62,278 nucleotides of DNA, filler included, from Basidiobolus ranarum (GCA_040143965.1; 33 parts of 33 records of this genome joined end to end with filler, not necessarily neighbours in it); one strand, 5' to 3'; positions 1 through 13,273 are shown, numbered from the whole stretch's first letter. Numbers and translations: made by a program. Notes: a model not told the origin generated them from the sequence alone.

Positions 1-1295
1 TAATTTAGCACTCTTGCAACTGGTGTACCTGGTTCCATGGTGAAATTAAGCTTTTTTGCCCGTAAATCTGACCCTGGAAATACAGATCTTTAAAATGGTG
101 TGAAGAATTTGATAAGTGGGACAGTAGAGCCCAAGCTCATTGGCTCCTTTGCTTTTCCCTTGGGTTTAGTAACTTTTTGCTCCTTGAGTACTTTTTTAGC
201 TGCTTTTCTTGATTCTCCAGGTTGATCATTATATACATTTTTGAGATGCTTCAAGAATAGGCCTATACTAGCCTAATTGCCATTTGCTTGCAAAAGCCCA
301 GAATAAGCCACATGAAATAAGTTAAGAATCTTGAGAGTAATGTCTGGTTTTTGGTTTTTCCTTGATTGGTTCAAATTGAGGTGATTTTGGGCAAGATTCC
401 ACATGGTTTCCAAAATGTTAAACCACTTACCATCAGAGCAAGTGATGGCAGCTCTGACATTCAGAGTCTTTTGGTTTGACAGTTTTCCTATGAGATTTCT
501 ACTTTCATGTGCCCAGGCAATTTTGGGTTGTTGTGTAAGCATCATTGTCCAATACCTTTTCTGATCTGCTATATTGTCATCATGACATTCATATGTATGG
601 TGTGGGATTGATTGAAATCCTGTATGAGAATGGATGGAGGGAGCAGTATGTTGCTGTAGCTGAAGTACAGCAATCCAAAGGCCTTCTATCATTGTTGAAT
701 GACTCTCTAACTATTGACTAGTTGCTTCAGAATGCTGCATTAATTGCAATATTGTGGCATTATTGCTTGTCATGGCCCATATACCAACTTTATAGTTTCT
801 GCTCATGATTGCATACAAATCATGACTGTGTTCTGCCTGCAATTCCCTAGTTGTAGTAATTGTATTCCAATTTTCTATGAAGAGTTGTTCAATAGTGGGC
901 AAAGTAGCCATTTTGGAAGTTGATTTTCTTGACAGTGTTTCTATTGAACTTTACTAAGCTATTGATTTACTATGTAATTGGGAGATTACAATCTCATCAC
1001 TTGCACTATTGCTGGAAAGAAACACATCTGGTGAATTGACTAATGCTTCATTTTTACTTGAGTTAGTTTCCAGCATGTTAATGCCTTCCAAAGTAGATAG
1101 TGAATCACCAGACTGCTGATCAATGAAGACCTCTGTACTTGCTGCTTTTTTACTTTCATGCCAGCAGGCTTTTGCTTGGGAGCTGATTTTAATTTAGAAT
1201 TTAAATGCATTTTGAATGGCATTGAAATTTTCAGATGCTAAACTTAGTGTAATGAATTTGCTTAGAAACAGCTTATAATCAACCAGAATTGCCAT
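1..1295 (-). pseudogene. Degenerate accessory ORF (ORF2) of the CACTA/EnSpm-like element
   Basis: ORF pieces 1040-1222, 711-911 and 273-692 are colinear parts of one frame broken by stops; homologous copies at 34099-34416, 51130-51664, 23850-24260 and 60760-61300. Confidence 0.75.
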
Positions 1296-1434
1296 CCAGT
1301 ACCAGAAATATCTTGTAATTCTACTGATGACTCATCTGTGACACCATTTCAGAATCTGCTGATGATATTAAGGGGCTATACCTAGAATACCACCCTTACA
1401 CAGGAGGTGTTCTTTTTTCTACATTAGCCATCTC

Positions 1435-1798
1435 ATGCTGCAACACAAACATTTAAAGAAGCCCTGCTATTATTATCAAGATTTCTTGTGCTATGAAAGC
1501 TGGAGGCTTCATTGAACATTTTATCATAAGCTAATATCATTGTATGTATTGGTGACACACCTGCCATCAGCAAACTTGGAGGTTTTTGTGGCCACAATGC
1601 ACTATCTTGCTGTAGATTTTGTCAAATCAATTAAGTCTACTCTATCAGGCATACACATTATTACTATCCAAATACACTACTAAACTCCATGATTTCCCAT
1701 CAAGAGCCTGGTCAGATTTCAACATGATCACTGATATTAATTCACAAAATAGTCAGTCTAACATCAAACTTGGTATTAGCCATAAGCCTAATATTATA
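1435..1798 (+). mobile_element. CACTA/EnSpm-like transposase remnant, internally deleted
   Basis: N-terminus KKPCYYY..FLCYESWRLH joined directly to VCIGDTPAISKLGGFCGHNALSCCRFCQI. Confidence 0.8.
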
Positions 1799-1898
1799 NN
1801 NNNNNNNNNNNNNNNNNNNNNNNNNNNNNNNNNNNNNNNNNNTTAATTAATTAANNNNNNNNNNNNNNNNNNNNNNNNNNNNNNNNNNNNNNNNNNNN
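1799..1898. other. Artificial contig linker (Ns flanking TTAATTAATTAA); first of 32
   Basis: The same 100-bp linker with stops in all six frames recurs about every 1.89 kb (3696, 5592, 7488, 9384, 11279 ... 60396); contig lengths fall monotonically. Confidence 0.99.
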
Positions 1899-2353
1899 TA
1901 TGTTTAGTAATTTTTCCACCATTAGTTTGCTGGTAAAGCATATTGCTGTTGTTGAGTTTTGTCTAATCAGTCAAGTATGTGCATATGTAGTGACTAAACA
2001 CAACAAGATTCTTTTATTTTTTTGATTCTCATCATGGCTGTAATACAAAGCCTAAAATATTTAAATAAAGGCATTCATATTAATTCAAATTCCTACAGCA
2101 GTAAACCCAGTAATTTGACATTCAAAAATCATATTTTTGCAAAAATTGCAGATATTGAATAACACATGCCAAATTTGAGGATCAATGTTTTAACATCTAT
2201 GAATACCATTAAAATACCATCAAGAAACCACCATCACACCATCAAAATCCCTGGCAGAATGCAAGCCACCAATATTGTGATGGTTCTCTGATGGTTTTGC
2301 TATTTTGGAGGGCAGATCTGATCCGGATCAAATTGATTTTATTTTTGTTAGGG
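1899..2353 (+). mobile_element. CACTA-like element end A (transposase 3' side), terminating ...TTTTTGTTAGGG
   Basis: Reverse complement of the CCCTAACAAAAATAAAATC terminus seen at 7262, 12066, 39589, 43230 and 52478. Confidence 0.8.
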
Positions 2354-2359
2354 TTGTGC

Positions 2360-3695
2360 CTGAAGCCCCAAACTTTGCACACATGCTCCTGGGACCTTCC
2401 TTAACACATTCTACACATTAGTTTGTTTACATGTTGACAACACCATAAATGTCAACTTACTACTCAATAAATCAATAAGTGGAAACCACCAATTCCTCTA
2501 ATTCTCCAAACCACTTCCAACAGGCTCCCAAATACTTTAACAGATTTTGTGGCACAATCTGACCTGGTCTAATGGAACAAGTATAATGATATATATATCA
2601 AAACCAGAGTGCAATATATTTATAGCCCTGTATTCTAATTATGAATATCTCTATATCTCCATAACAAGCATGTCTTATTACCTGCACTTATCTTTTATGT
2701 TGTATTACAAAAATTCCTGAATATTGCTAACAATTGACTTGCTTCTCTACTATATAAGTCACCATTTTCTCTTAAGAATAAAGTAATCAGAACACCATTG
2801 TAAGTTGCTTCTAATATACAAAGTCTACTCCCATTATGTTAAGATCCTCCAACAGTTTAGTTATCCTACATTCCACTAGGATATCACCCATTGTTTGCAA
2901 TTGGAACTTACCTGGAAGTTCTCTGATATAGACTTTTTCAAACTTTTGCTAGAAACCCCAAACTTTGCACTCATCTTCCTGGAACATTCCTTAACAAATT
3001 CTACATGTTGGTTTGCTACATCTTGACAATGCTATAAATGTCAACTTTCAACTCAATAAGACAATAAGAGAAAACTGCCAATTTCTCTAGTTCTCCAAAC
3101 CACTTCCAACAAGCACCCAAAATACTATAACCGTTATCTCACATGCATTTTAGCTTTTAGTACATCAACTATCCCAATCCCAAGTTTTACAGCCAAAGCT
3201 TGTATCTTCTAAACTTGTCCAATAGTCCTATTTCGTAACAAACTATAAATAGGACATATTCAATTCATTAATTGTTAAATATCTAATTTACACCACCAAT
3301 TCTTATCCAAAACACTTTCAAATCCCTTAAACACTGTCTAAATTCTACAGATGTGTTTATTTACCCTTTGACAAAACTATACATGTCAAAATTCCACTCA
3401 ATAAATCATTAAGTGAAAACCACCAATTCTTCTAGTTCTCCAGACCACTTCTAACAAACACCCAAGATACTAGAACAAATTCATTGCAAATACTTACTCA
3501 AGTGTATTAAGAATTTCATATTCTAATGCAACTTTCATCCCTACCAAGTATGATACTTTATAATAAAGTAGAGGTCATCTATCATGTTGAAGTTTATTGT
3601 CTTTATGATATATGTTATCCCTATCTTTATACACCTAACTATTTCATATATCACATATTAGTTAGTCAACATTATTTAGTCAAATATCACTTAGC
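2360..3695 (+). repeat. Cluster of nested Copia LTR fragments (families B, D, C, A)
   Basis: Repeated GAAGCCCCAAACTTTGCACAC...CCACTTCCAACA blocks; TGTTGAAGTTTATTGTC LTR start near 3585. Confidence 0.75.
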
Positions 3696-3795
3696 NNNNN
3701 NNNNNNNNNNNNNNNNNNNNNNNNNNNNNNNNNNNNNNNTTAATTAATTAANNNNNNNNNNNNNNNNNNNNNNNNNNNNNNNNNNNNNNNNNNNN

Positions 3796-4008
3796 GTACT
3801 GAGTACCTTCCTTTCTGCTTACCACCTTTGCCCCTTAACACTATATTTACATCCTCTGAACTTGATTACATTGGTCATCAGGTTAAGTATGGATATGATC
3901 CAATATTGTCGCAATATCTTAAAAGACTAATGTCTTAATTTTCACTTTGTTTATATTAGTATTTTAAGCTAAATAAAGTCCACATCATCTGGTGCTTTTC
4001 ATCCCCCA
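3796..4008 (+). mobile_element. 3' end of a non-LTR retrotransposon (LINE)
   Basis: 3796-3870 matches the reverse complement of 22741-22815; the end matches 49189-49300; both copies stop at AATAAA...CATCCCCCA. Confidence 0.65.
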
Positions 4009-5691
4009 TACATCCGTATTTATCAACCTCCTTCCAAGAGTAATATTTCTTGGGATGCACCAAACTTCCCTACTGCTCAATATATTAAAGTTCATCCTAA
4101 AGTCTAAAACTCCCCCGCCGCCAGAACATCGAAGGAAGCTAGTTACGAGTTCCCCAATTATTAGCTTGTCCTAGGAAGTAGCCAGCTAAATTTCTGTAAC
4201 CAGTTAAGTTCATGATGCTTGACCGACATTTGTACTTACCACCGACTTGTTCTCACAATTATATTCATATAACTTTATCAATTCCTATACCCTTTGCGTA
4301 CCGTTGACATGATATATGTAAATTTTCTTCAATTTCTCGCCGGCTAAGCGCAAGTTGTGGTTTTTTCAGTGGTTGTTATAGGTTAATGGATTTTATCGGA
4401 TATTGGACCAACAAAAAAATAAGCAGAGGAATGATGTATTAACTACCCAAGGCCCAATTCTCACTCAACAATTGAATCATAGCCATCATTAGCTTTGTGA
4501 ATTATTCGCAGTATTTGCAGAAATTAAGCTTCCTTGAAATTGAATCCACATTGAAGGACTCTGTAAGTAATGATTCAGTTATTCATTTTAAGTCAATAGC
4601 AGCTTAACAACAATGAAAATGGATCAATATCTATATTTTCTATCACCAGTATTAAATATCCCATATCACTGTAACAAGATGTTGCTGTTCTCATCTAAGC
4701 CAGGGTTAGCAAAGAGCTACTACAAGCTGATCGCAAAATAAGTTGTTGGAGTTGTAGTAGTTGTGATCGTGACAATTATTACTAGTCTAAAGCCAGATAT
4801 ACTTCTTTGGAAGAACAGAAATTGGTGGAAGCGACAATGATGTTGTGAGTAACAGAACATCAACCATGTTGGAAATAATTGAACCTTGGAGTTCAAAGCA
4901 CTCACGGTTTCTCATATTGTTCGCAATTAATGGATTGTTTAGAGCATATATGTAATACTCAATCATCTTACTCGAGTATGTTATTATCTGATTCGGATTG
5001 TCGTCGTTAGTCAGGAAATCTCAGACTTGGGTAGGATGGTTGAGTATTGCATGTCTGTACTGAACAAGCCATTGATCATAGCTTGTGGGAAACGCAAAGA
5101 AGTGTCTTTCTTGCACTCGTGTATTCATCACTTGGCAAGACATATGATTTACAAATGCGCCGTTGCTTTTTACCTCGCCCTTTGTTTGCCTACAATTTTT
5201 CATTCACCAACTTTGAAAGATATGAGACTGCTCATATATAAATTGGTGTATTAATAAATCTGAGTCATAAGATAAGCTTGCCTGTCATACTGAACCAGTT
5301 TGTGGTGATATAATCTTTGCGAGATTAGCCAATCATTTATTATAAGGAATTGTTTTACAACAGTGGCTGAAACTACAGAAATGAGCAAGATGTGGAGCAT
5401 AGTATGAATGGAGATGTAGTGCGGCAAATATGGAAATTGGTATTGAAGCACCAGACTTTGCACACATGTTTCTAGAATCTTCCTTACATTCTACCAACAT
5501 GAAAACTTCTTTAGTAAGCTGGAGAGTTTTAATCTTTAAGCATACTATGAGAACTAGAAAAATAAGTCTTTATAATAAGATAGAAAAAGAGNNNNNNNNN
5601 NNNNNNNNNNNNNNNNNNNNNNNNNNNNNNNNNNNTTAATTAATTAANNNNNNNNNNNNNNNNNNNNNNNNNNNNNNNNNNNNNNNNNNNN

Positions 5692-6790
5692 ATGTTGACC
5701 TTGATTATTCCAGTACTGATGGTATTATACAAGAAGATGAATAAGAAGATGATGGTTTTGTTATGGATTCCTTGTTACTAGCAAGCATTAGTCTACTCAT
5801 AACACTTATAGTAAAGGAAGCAGCTTTGATAATTGAGGAGTCAAGAGTTCAATCCAATCTTGGCAACCAGGTGTTTATTGGTTTTCTTGCACTTTTACCA
5901 TAGTTGATTGGCAACTGTTACTTGCCACAGACCTGGTATAAGTGGAAGACACTAATCAATTGTATTACTTACAATCCTTCAATTATTAAACTACCTTCCT
6001 GTCCATATGGGTGTTTGGCTTTAACTGGTGATCTGGAAAACCTGAAGTCATATACTATTTGCACACAATTGGCAATCACTGAAACAGGTAAATATTGTTT
6101 ATATTTGGCTTACATACCATTGATTTCCCATCTTAAAGATTTGATGAAATCACCCAAATATAGCTCATTGATCCATTGCCCAAGTATTTACTATAAAGCT
6201 GATAGTTTTACCAATATAATTCATGGATATCACTATAAAAATCTGAAAAGTCAAGGTTTCTTTGAGAATACATATGATCATGCACTTGCATTAGCTCTGG
6301 ATGGTTTCTCACTAAACAAATATACTGTTGGAAAGGCTTGCTGGCCAATAATTTTAATTAACTTAAATCTTCCTCCTTTTGGGTGGTATAAGAGTCATAA
6401 TATTTTGATACTACTATCATATTTGAGCCTAAATCACCAGTGCTTATAGATAGCTTCTTGGAGCCTTTGCTTGCAGAAGTTGAATGTTTATCTAATGAGG
6501 TTTAGATGGATGCATATTTTTCAAAGCTAATATAATAGTATATATTGTTAACACTTCAGCTATCAGTAAACTGGAAGGTTTTTATAGGCACAATGCACTA
6601 TCTTGCTGTAGATTTTTCAGATCAATGGAGTTTACTCTATCAGGCATAAGCATTACAACTATCCAAATACAACATTAAGCTCTATGATTCTACTATCAAG
6701 AGCCTGGTCAGATTTCCAGATGCTCACTGATATCAAATCACCAAGTAGTCAGTTCAACATCAGACTTGCAATTAAATGCAATCTGAATGC
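5692..6790 (+). mobile_element. CACTA/EnSpm-like (tnp2/Transposase_21-type) transposase pseudogene
   Basis: LALDGFSL..CWPIILINLNLPP..YK.HNIL motif followed by DSFLEPL and GHNALSCCRF, with stops and frameshifts. Confidence 0.85.
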
Positions 6791-7261
6791 ATCCTTTGCA
6801 ATATGATGGAAGCTTGAAACATTTGACAAAATGTTTGAAAATGTCAAGATACCATCACATTTTGCAGCACTCTGATCAACAGTAACTCTTCTAGGCTTTA
6901 TTCAACTGCAAAGATTGGAAGTATTAGGTTTGTATGTATTCAAGTGAAATTTTTAAAAGATTTCTTCCTGAAGTCAGTAAGCCCAAAGGAAACGCAAAGA
7001 AGCCTGTGATTTTAGGCCCTACTGTCCTACTTAGCATATTCTTCAAACCATTTTAAAGATCCATATTTCTGGAGTCAGATATACTGGCAAAATGGCTTAA
7101 TTTTACCATGCAACCAGCTACAACAGTTTGAAGAATGCTAAAGTTGCAACTTTATCCAACACCAGGCACCTCTCAACAAGCTAAAGCACCAACAAATAAA
7201 CCTCATGGCTTTCCAACCTCAACTGGTACTCTCAGAGTGTTGAAATTAGCCTCATACTTAA

Positions 7262-7487
7262 CCCTAACAAAAATAAATCAATTTGACCCAGATCAGATCC
7301 TCCCTTAGGAACTGCAATACCATCAGAGAACTGTCATAATAATGGTGGCTTGCATTCTGCCAGGAATTTTGATGGTGCAATGGTGGCTTTTGATGGTATT
7401 CATACATGTTAAAATATTGATCCTCATATTTGGCAGGCATTATTTAATTTTAAGCAACTTTTGCAAAAATATAATTTTCAAATGGCA
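7262..7487 (-). mobile_element. CACTA-like element end A
   Basis: Starts CCCTAACAAAAATAAATCAATTTGA; preceded by an ORF2 fragment (about 6970-7235). Confidence 0.75.
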
Positions 7488-7587
7488 NNNNNNNNNNNNN
7501 NNNNNNNNNNNNNNNNNNNNNNNNNNNNNNNTTAATTAATTAANNNNNNNNNNNNNNNNNNNNNNNNNNNNNNNNNNNNNNNNNNNN

Positions 7588-9383
7588 ATGGCATAATAGA
7601 TTTGGCCATATTGGATTTGATTATTTGAGCAAAATGATCAAAAGTTGCCTAATTTCTGGAATTCAAAATAACCCCCTGACCAAAATGGAAATTTTTGAGG
7701 GTTGTATATATGGAAAACAAGCCAGGCAACCATTCAAGAGCTCTGGTTTAATGAATCTGTCAAAGAATGTGATCTAATTCATTCAGATTTGTGGGGACCT
7801 ATGCAAAATTTATCTTTAGGTGGAAAAAGATACTTAATCACATTTATTGATGATTATATAAGATACATTTGGGTCTACTTTATGGAAAGAAAAGAAGAAG
7901 CTCTCTCTATCATTAGAGATTTTAAAACACTTGTGGAGACTGAAACTGGAACTAAAAGCAAAAAAATACACACTGATAATGGTGGAGAATATACTTCAAC
8001 ACTATTTAAGCACTTTTGCAAAGTTCATGGAATTAAGCAAGAAGCAACTCCCCCTATTCACCTCAACAAAATGGTGTTGCTGACAGAGCTAACAGGACTA
8101 TAACAGAAATGGCAAGATCTATGATAAACGCCCAAAATTTATCTCATAACTTTTGGGCAGAATCTGTTGCTACAGCTGTATACCTGTAGTATAGGAGTTT
8201 TACTAGAAGTCTGCCTAACTCTACACCATATCAAGCTTGGTTTGGAGTTAAACCTGATGTAAAACATTTGAGGATCTTTGGATGCATTGTTTATGTCACA
8301 ATTGTGACCAAAAATTGGCCTAAATTTGATCCAAAAAGTAAGAAATGCATATTTCTGGGTTATTTCACTCAAACTAAGGCCTACAGACTCTATGATACCA
8401 AAATATCCAAGTTAATCAAGTCCAGGGATGTTTTGTTTAACAAAAATGAAAAATTTTCACCTAACATAATCTCAGATGATGACCAAAATCAATTTTCTCC
8501 TGATCCAATCATTCAAATTGATTCAAACCAAAACAATGAAGAAAATAGCATTCCTGTAGACCCTTCAACCAAAATATTGCCTATTGAAGTACCCAATACA
8601 ATGCCTGAAGTTGTAGTACCTGTATCCCAAACCAGGAGATCAAATTGGATCAGAAATAGCCCTGATTACTATATCAATGAGTCCCAAAATTGGGCCTATG
8701 CCTGCACAGCTCAAATACATGAACCCCAGACTGTAAAAGAGGCCCTGAATGGCCCTCACACAAAACTTTGGAGATCTGCAATGGCTGATGAGTACCAGGC
8801 ATTGATCAATAATCAAACTTGGATTTTAACCAACTTACCTGATGGTAGAAAAACAATTGGCTGCTGATGGGTGTTTAAAGTTAAATACAACTCTGATGGC
8901 AATATAGAACAATACAAGGCTAGACTAGTAGCCAAAGGCTAATCCCAAGCACCAGCAACAGATTATACAGAAACTTTTGCTCCTGTAGCAAAGTTAAATT
9001 CAATTAGATTGATTTTAGCAATTTCAGTTAAATATCAGTTTATTATACATCAAATGGATGTTAAAACTGCTTTTTGGAATGGTGAGCTTTCTGAGGAGTT
9101 CTATATGGACCAGCCAGACAGATTTATGGACCCAGAAAACCCTAAAAAAGTTTGCAGACTCTGGAAAACACTGGACTTGTTCTCTGTGATAGTGCCAGAT
9201 TGTGCTGTATATATCATATTGGATAAAGTATTCTAAAATTTATGCAGCACAATTTGGCACTATCCAGCACCCTCTGGCATGATCAATTTCAATCACATTT
9301 ACTCTAATATATTGATCCAAGGTCCGAGAAATCCTGGTACAATGGAACAAGTCCACTCTATAGCTTAAATCAATCTCCAAGAG
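7588..9383 (+). mobile_element. Ty1/Copia pol remnant (GAG-pre-integrase, integrase, start of RT)
   Basis: [70 protein letters not shown]; integrase precedes RT (Copia order). Confidence 0.95.
9173..9354. mobile_element. 182-bp MITE, PIF/Harbinger-like, inserted in Copia RT
   Basis: Terminal inverted repeat GGACTTGTTC...GAACAAGTCC, 3-bp target duplication ACT (9170-72, 9355-57); removal restores RT frame WKTLYSLNQSPR. Confidence 0.8.
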
Positions 9384-9661
9384 NNNNNNNNNNNNNNNNN
9401 NNNNNNNNNNNNNNNNNNNNNNNNNNNTTAATTAATTAANNNNNNNNNNNNNNNNNNNNNNNNNNNNNNNNNNNNNNNNNNNNTGTTTCAAATGTACTAA
9501 TCATAGTAATGACATGATGCAATTGAAACATGCTTCTTAAGACATTGTCCAGTTTTATATAAATGTCTCATTAGTTCCTATGAAGTCAATGCGCCTTGTA
9601 ATTGTTGACCATTTAACAAAGATAGCCCACTTTGTGCCCTGCAACAACTCAGTGGATGCTA

Positions 9662-11270
9662 GTTCAAGATGGAAATGATGCTAGAAGACAAGAACCTGGA
9701 GAAGTTTGGAAAAATAGTGAAAATTGGTAAAAGTGATCTATTTGCTATTTCCATCAATTAGAGTAATAAATGCATGTTTTTGAATGACAGAATTCAGTTC
9801 CAAATAATCAGAATATGGGCAAACTCCTTACTAAATATTGAGTTGCAATTTATATACTTTAAGTATTCTCTTGATGATAAGATAATGTTGGTCTTGAATC
9901 CTTAGTTAGTGCAGAGAAGGCCAACTGGTTATAAAAGGGTGTACAAAGGCCAAAACCAATCTAGTGAAACCATGAAAGATTCATAGCAAAATTAGATGAA
10001 AAAGGAAATACCAAGACTTCAGAAGCTGATTTTAACAAGACATTTTCATCAGCAGCAATGTTCAGTACAATTTGTGCAATCCCCACACTCTCAGCCATCC
10101 ATAAACTTGATTAATATCAAATGGATGCAAAACCATCCTCTCTGAATGAAAATCTATAATATGTAATCTATATAGAGGACCCAGCTGGATTTTTTGACCC
10201 AAAATACCTTGATATGGTCTTTAAGCCACCTGAATTGCTGTATGGACTCCAGCAAACAACCAGGGAATGCTGAAATTAGGTTCCATATAGATCTCTTCTT
10301 GATTTCCATTCAGAAAGGCTGCTTCTACATCCATGTAATGTAATTCAAGGTTAAGAAAGACTGAGAGTGCCAGGATTGATCAATTGGAGCAAAACCTAGC
10401 TACTGGAGCAAAAGATTCATTCAAATCAACTCCTGGAGTCAGGGAATAACCTTTTGCAACTAGTCTTGCTTTGAATCTTTAAGGTTCCATCAGCTTGGTT
10501 TTTGACTTTGTACACCCTTTTGTAACCAATTGGCCTTCTCTGCACTAATTAAGGATTCAAGACCAACATTATCTATTCATCAGGAGAATACTTAAAGTAG
10601 ATAAATTGCAACTCACTATTTAGGAGGGATTTTGTTCATATTCTGATTATTTGGAACTGAATTCTGTCATCAAAAACATGCATTTATTACTCTAATTAAT
10701 GGAAACATCAATCAGATCACTTTTACCAATTTTCACTATTTTTCCAAACTTCCCCAGGTTGTTGTCTTCTAGCATCATTTGCATCTTGAACTTCCAAAGG
10801 TGAAAGTCTTCACCATCAAACTTCTCTGTGGAAACAAAAGTGTTGATAGTATTACTGGTAGGCATTTCTTTTACAGTTGGCACAGGGTGAATAACCTGAT
10901 AAAAATGTCCAGGGGATTTAGAAGTGTTTTGTACAAAATTTGGATTTGTGATTCAACAATCAAGTATCATTAAATTGAAAATGTCCTATTTATAATCTAC
11001 TATGAAGTAGGACTAACCCTGAAATAGGACTGTTGCACATTCTTTGATCATGACAAATAAGCCTGGTCAGCATAGGTGAAAATTTGAGAGGGTTTGGAGA
11101 AGTTTGAGAGAATAGTGAAAATTGGTAAAAGTGAACTAATTGCTATTTTAGCAATTTGAGCAATAAACACATGCTTTTGAATGGCAGAATTGAGTGCCAA
11201 GTACTCAGAATACATATAAGCTAACTACTAAATAATGCATTTCTGTTTAGCTGAATTCAACAACCTTGGC
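9662..11270. mobile_element. Copia gag/LTR/RT patchwork with an inverted duplication
   Basis: Gag motif EKFDGEDFHLWKFKMQMMLED (10692-10883 minus), RT pieces on both strands, LTR-C fragments. Confidence 0.8.
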
Positions 11271-11669
11271 ACTATATCNNNNNNNNNNNNNNNNNNNNNN
11301 NNNNNNNNNNNNNNNNNNNNNNTTAATTAATTAANNNNNNNNNNNNNNNNNNNNNNNNNNNNNNNNNNNNNNNNNNNNTCAATCAAAGTTAGGCAAAGTA
11401 GTCAAAATCTCGATTAATTCTCAATACATCCATACTCAAAGATATCCATTGAGAGCTCCGGACTTAAGACACTATGAATAAAGCTTTCATTATCTTTTGA
11501 ATGTGCAATAATGTCTAAAAGTACTTTTCTTAAACATACCACATAAGTAAAATAAACTGTTTCCAAAATGGTAAATATCATCATGCTGGATAGTGTCCAA
11601 TCATGCCAATTTGTGCTGGCACACTTTTTAGCTGGCCTGATCTGGCTCAATAAAATGGAACAAGTCTAT

Positions 11670-12060
11670 AGATGTACTTACTCTCTGTCCATGGATTGGG
11701 CTTTGTTGCTGTTATTGTGCTCAAACAATGCAAAAACCTGTGAGCACATTAAAAGAGCCCTTTGTTGCAAGGTTAATATACTCTGGAGTCTTCTTAACCT
11801 ATTGCATTACATCCATCACTGATTTTGCTGACACATTGTTAATCAGATTAGCATTCAGGAATACTGACAATTTCACACATAGCATCATTTCACCACAGGT
11901 GCACTCCATTGGGAACTCCAGAGATGTATAGCAAGGGGCTATAATCTCTAAGCATTGTGGAAGATGCAGCAGGCACTGTATTGAATACCAGCTTAGCATC
12001 AGTCTATCTTCTTAAAACCTGTAATAAAGTTTTTCATATGCAATTACAAAATCTTTGTAC
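11670..12060 (-). mobile_element. CACTA-like transposase C-terminal region
   Basis: LLHLPQCLEIIAPCYTSLEFPMECTCG resembles the H.LLHL....GP...W.FPMER motif of EnSpm transposases. Confidence 0.75.
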
Positions 12061-12065
12061 AGTCA

Positions 12066-12735
12066 CCCTAACAAAAATAAAATCAATTTGATCCAGATCA
12101 GATCCACCCTCCAAAATAGCAAAACCATCAGTGAACCATCCCAATATTGGTAGCTTGCATTCTGCCAGGGATTTTGATGGTGTGTTGGTGGTTTCTTGAT
12201 AGTATTTTGATGGTATTCATACATGTTAAAATATTGATCCTCAAATTTGGTATCCATTATTTGATATCCCGCAATTTTTGCAAAAACTAATTTTCAAAAG
12301 GCAAATTACTGGGTTTACTGCTGCAGGAATTCAAATTAATATACATGCTGTATCTAGATATTTTAGGCTTTGTGTTCCAGCCATAATGAGAATCAAAAAA
12401 TACAAGAATCTTGTTGTGCTTAGTCTTTACATATGCACATACTTAACTGATTAGACATAACTCAACAACATCAATATGCTTTACCAGCAAACTAATGGTT
12501 GAAAAATTGCTAAACATCAAAAATTTGAATAGCACTGACACTTGGCAAATAGCTGACTCTTGTTACCATTCACTATGAGAATAAGCTCCTGCATTTTGGC
12601 AAATTTCCAAAATAATTCAGCCAATATATCCCTAGCTTGGAGTCAACAAATGTCCTGCCACAAGTAGTTGTGTCATTGCTGGAATAGATTACCAATCTCA
12701 CACAGAGCATCATTTCACTGCAGATGTGCTCCATT
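12066..12735 (-). mobile_element. CACTA-like element end A with transposase 3' part
   Basis: CCCTAACAAAAATAAAATC start; homologous to 1899-2353, 16740-16961 and 41643-41970. Confidence 0.8.
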
Positions 12736-13173
12736 CCCTAACAGAAATTTGAGGATTGTTATTGTTGGAAAACCATAACAATTTTAATCCATTTGGGATT
12801 GACCGTTTACTTACCGTCATAAAATCGTCAAGTTAGATTTGAATCAAATTTTCAGTTTCAGGAGTGAAATTTCAAGATCTCACAAAATAGTTGCAAATGA
12901 TTGGCTAAAATCTCAGAGAACTATGGATCAACACATGTGCAACAAATATATCTCAAATTTTACTCAATTACAACTTGAACGCTAATTTGTCACCTTCAAA
13001 ATCCCTAGTCTGTTTGATATATTCTACTGAATATTTTTATAGAGTTCTTCAAACCCAAGGTTTAGCTCATACCCAACACAAGTTTGTGTCAATATCTCTA
13101 TCAAAGCCCATCATTGTATTAATGTTGCTAAACCAACATTCTTCCAGCTATCTGGCAGATTTCCTGCAATATT
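12736..13173 (+). mobile_element. CACTA-like element end B (ORF2 3' side)
   Basis: CCCTAACAGAAATTTGAGGATTG start, same as 23311; the minus strand carries the ORF2 C-terminus. Confidence 0.75.
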
Positions 13174-13273
13174 NNNNNNNNNNNNNNNNNNNNNNNNNNN
13201 NNNNNNNNNNNNNNNNNTTAATTAATTAANNNNNNNNNNNNNNNNNNNNNNNNNNNNNNNNNNNNNNNNNNNN

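Noticed and set aside
1843..1854. Regularly spaced TTAATTAATTAA suggesting an array or CRISPR
   Set aside because: Always centred in N runs; it is an assembly linker.
4720..5463. Short ORFs in CpG-normal DNA of contig 3
   Set aside because: No motif or consistent splice model; likely intergenic or a decayed gene.
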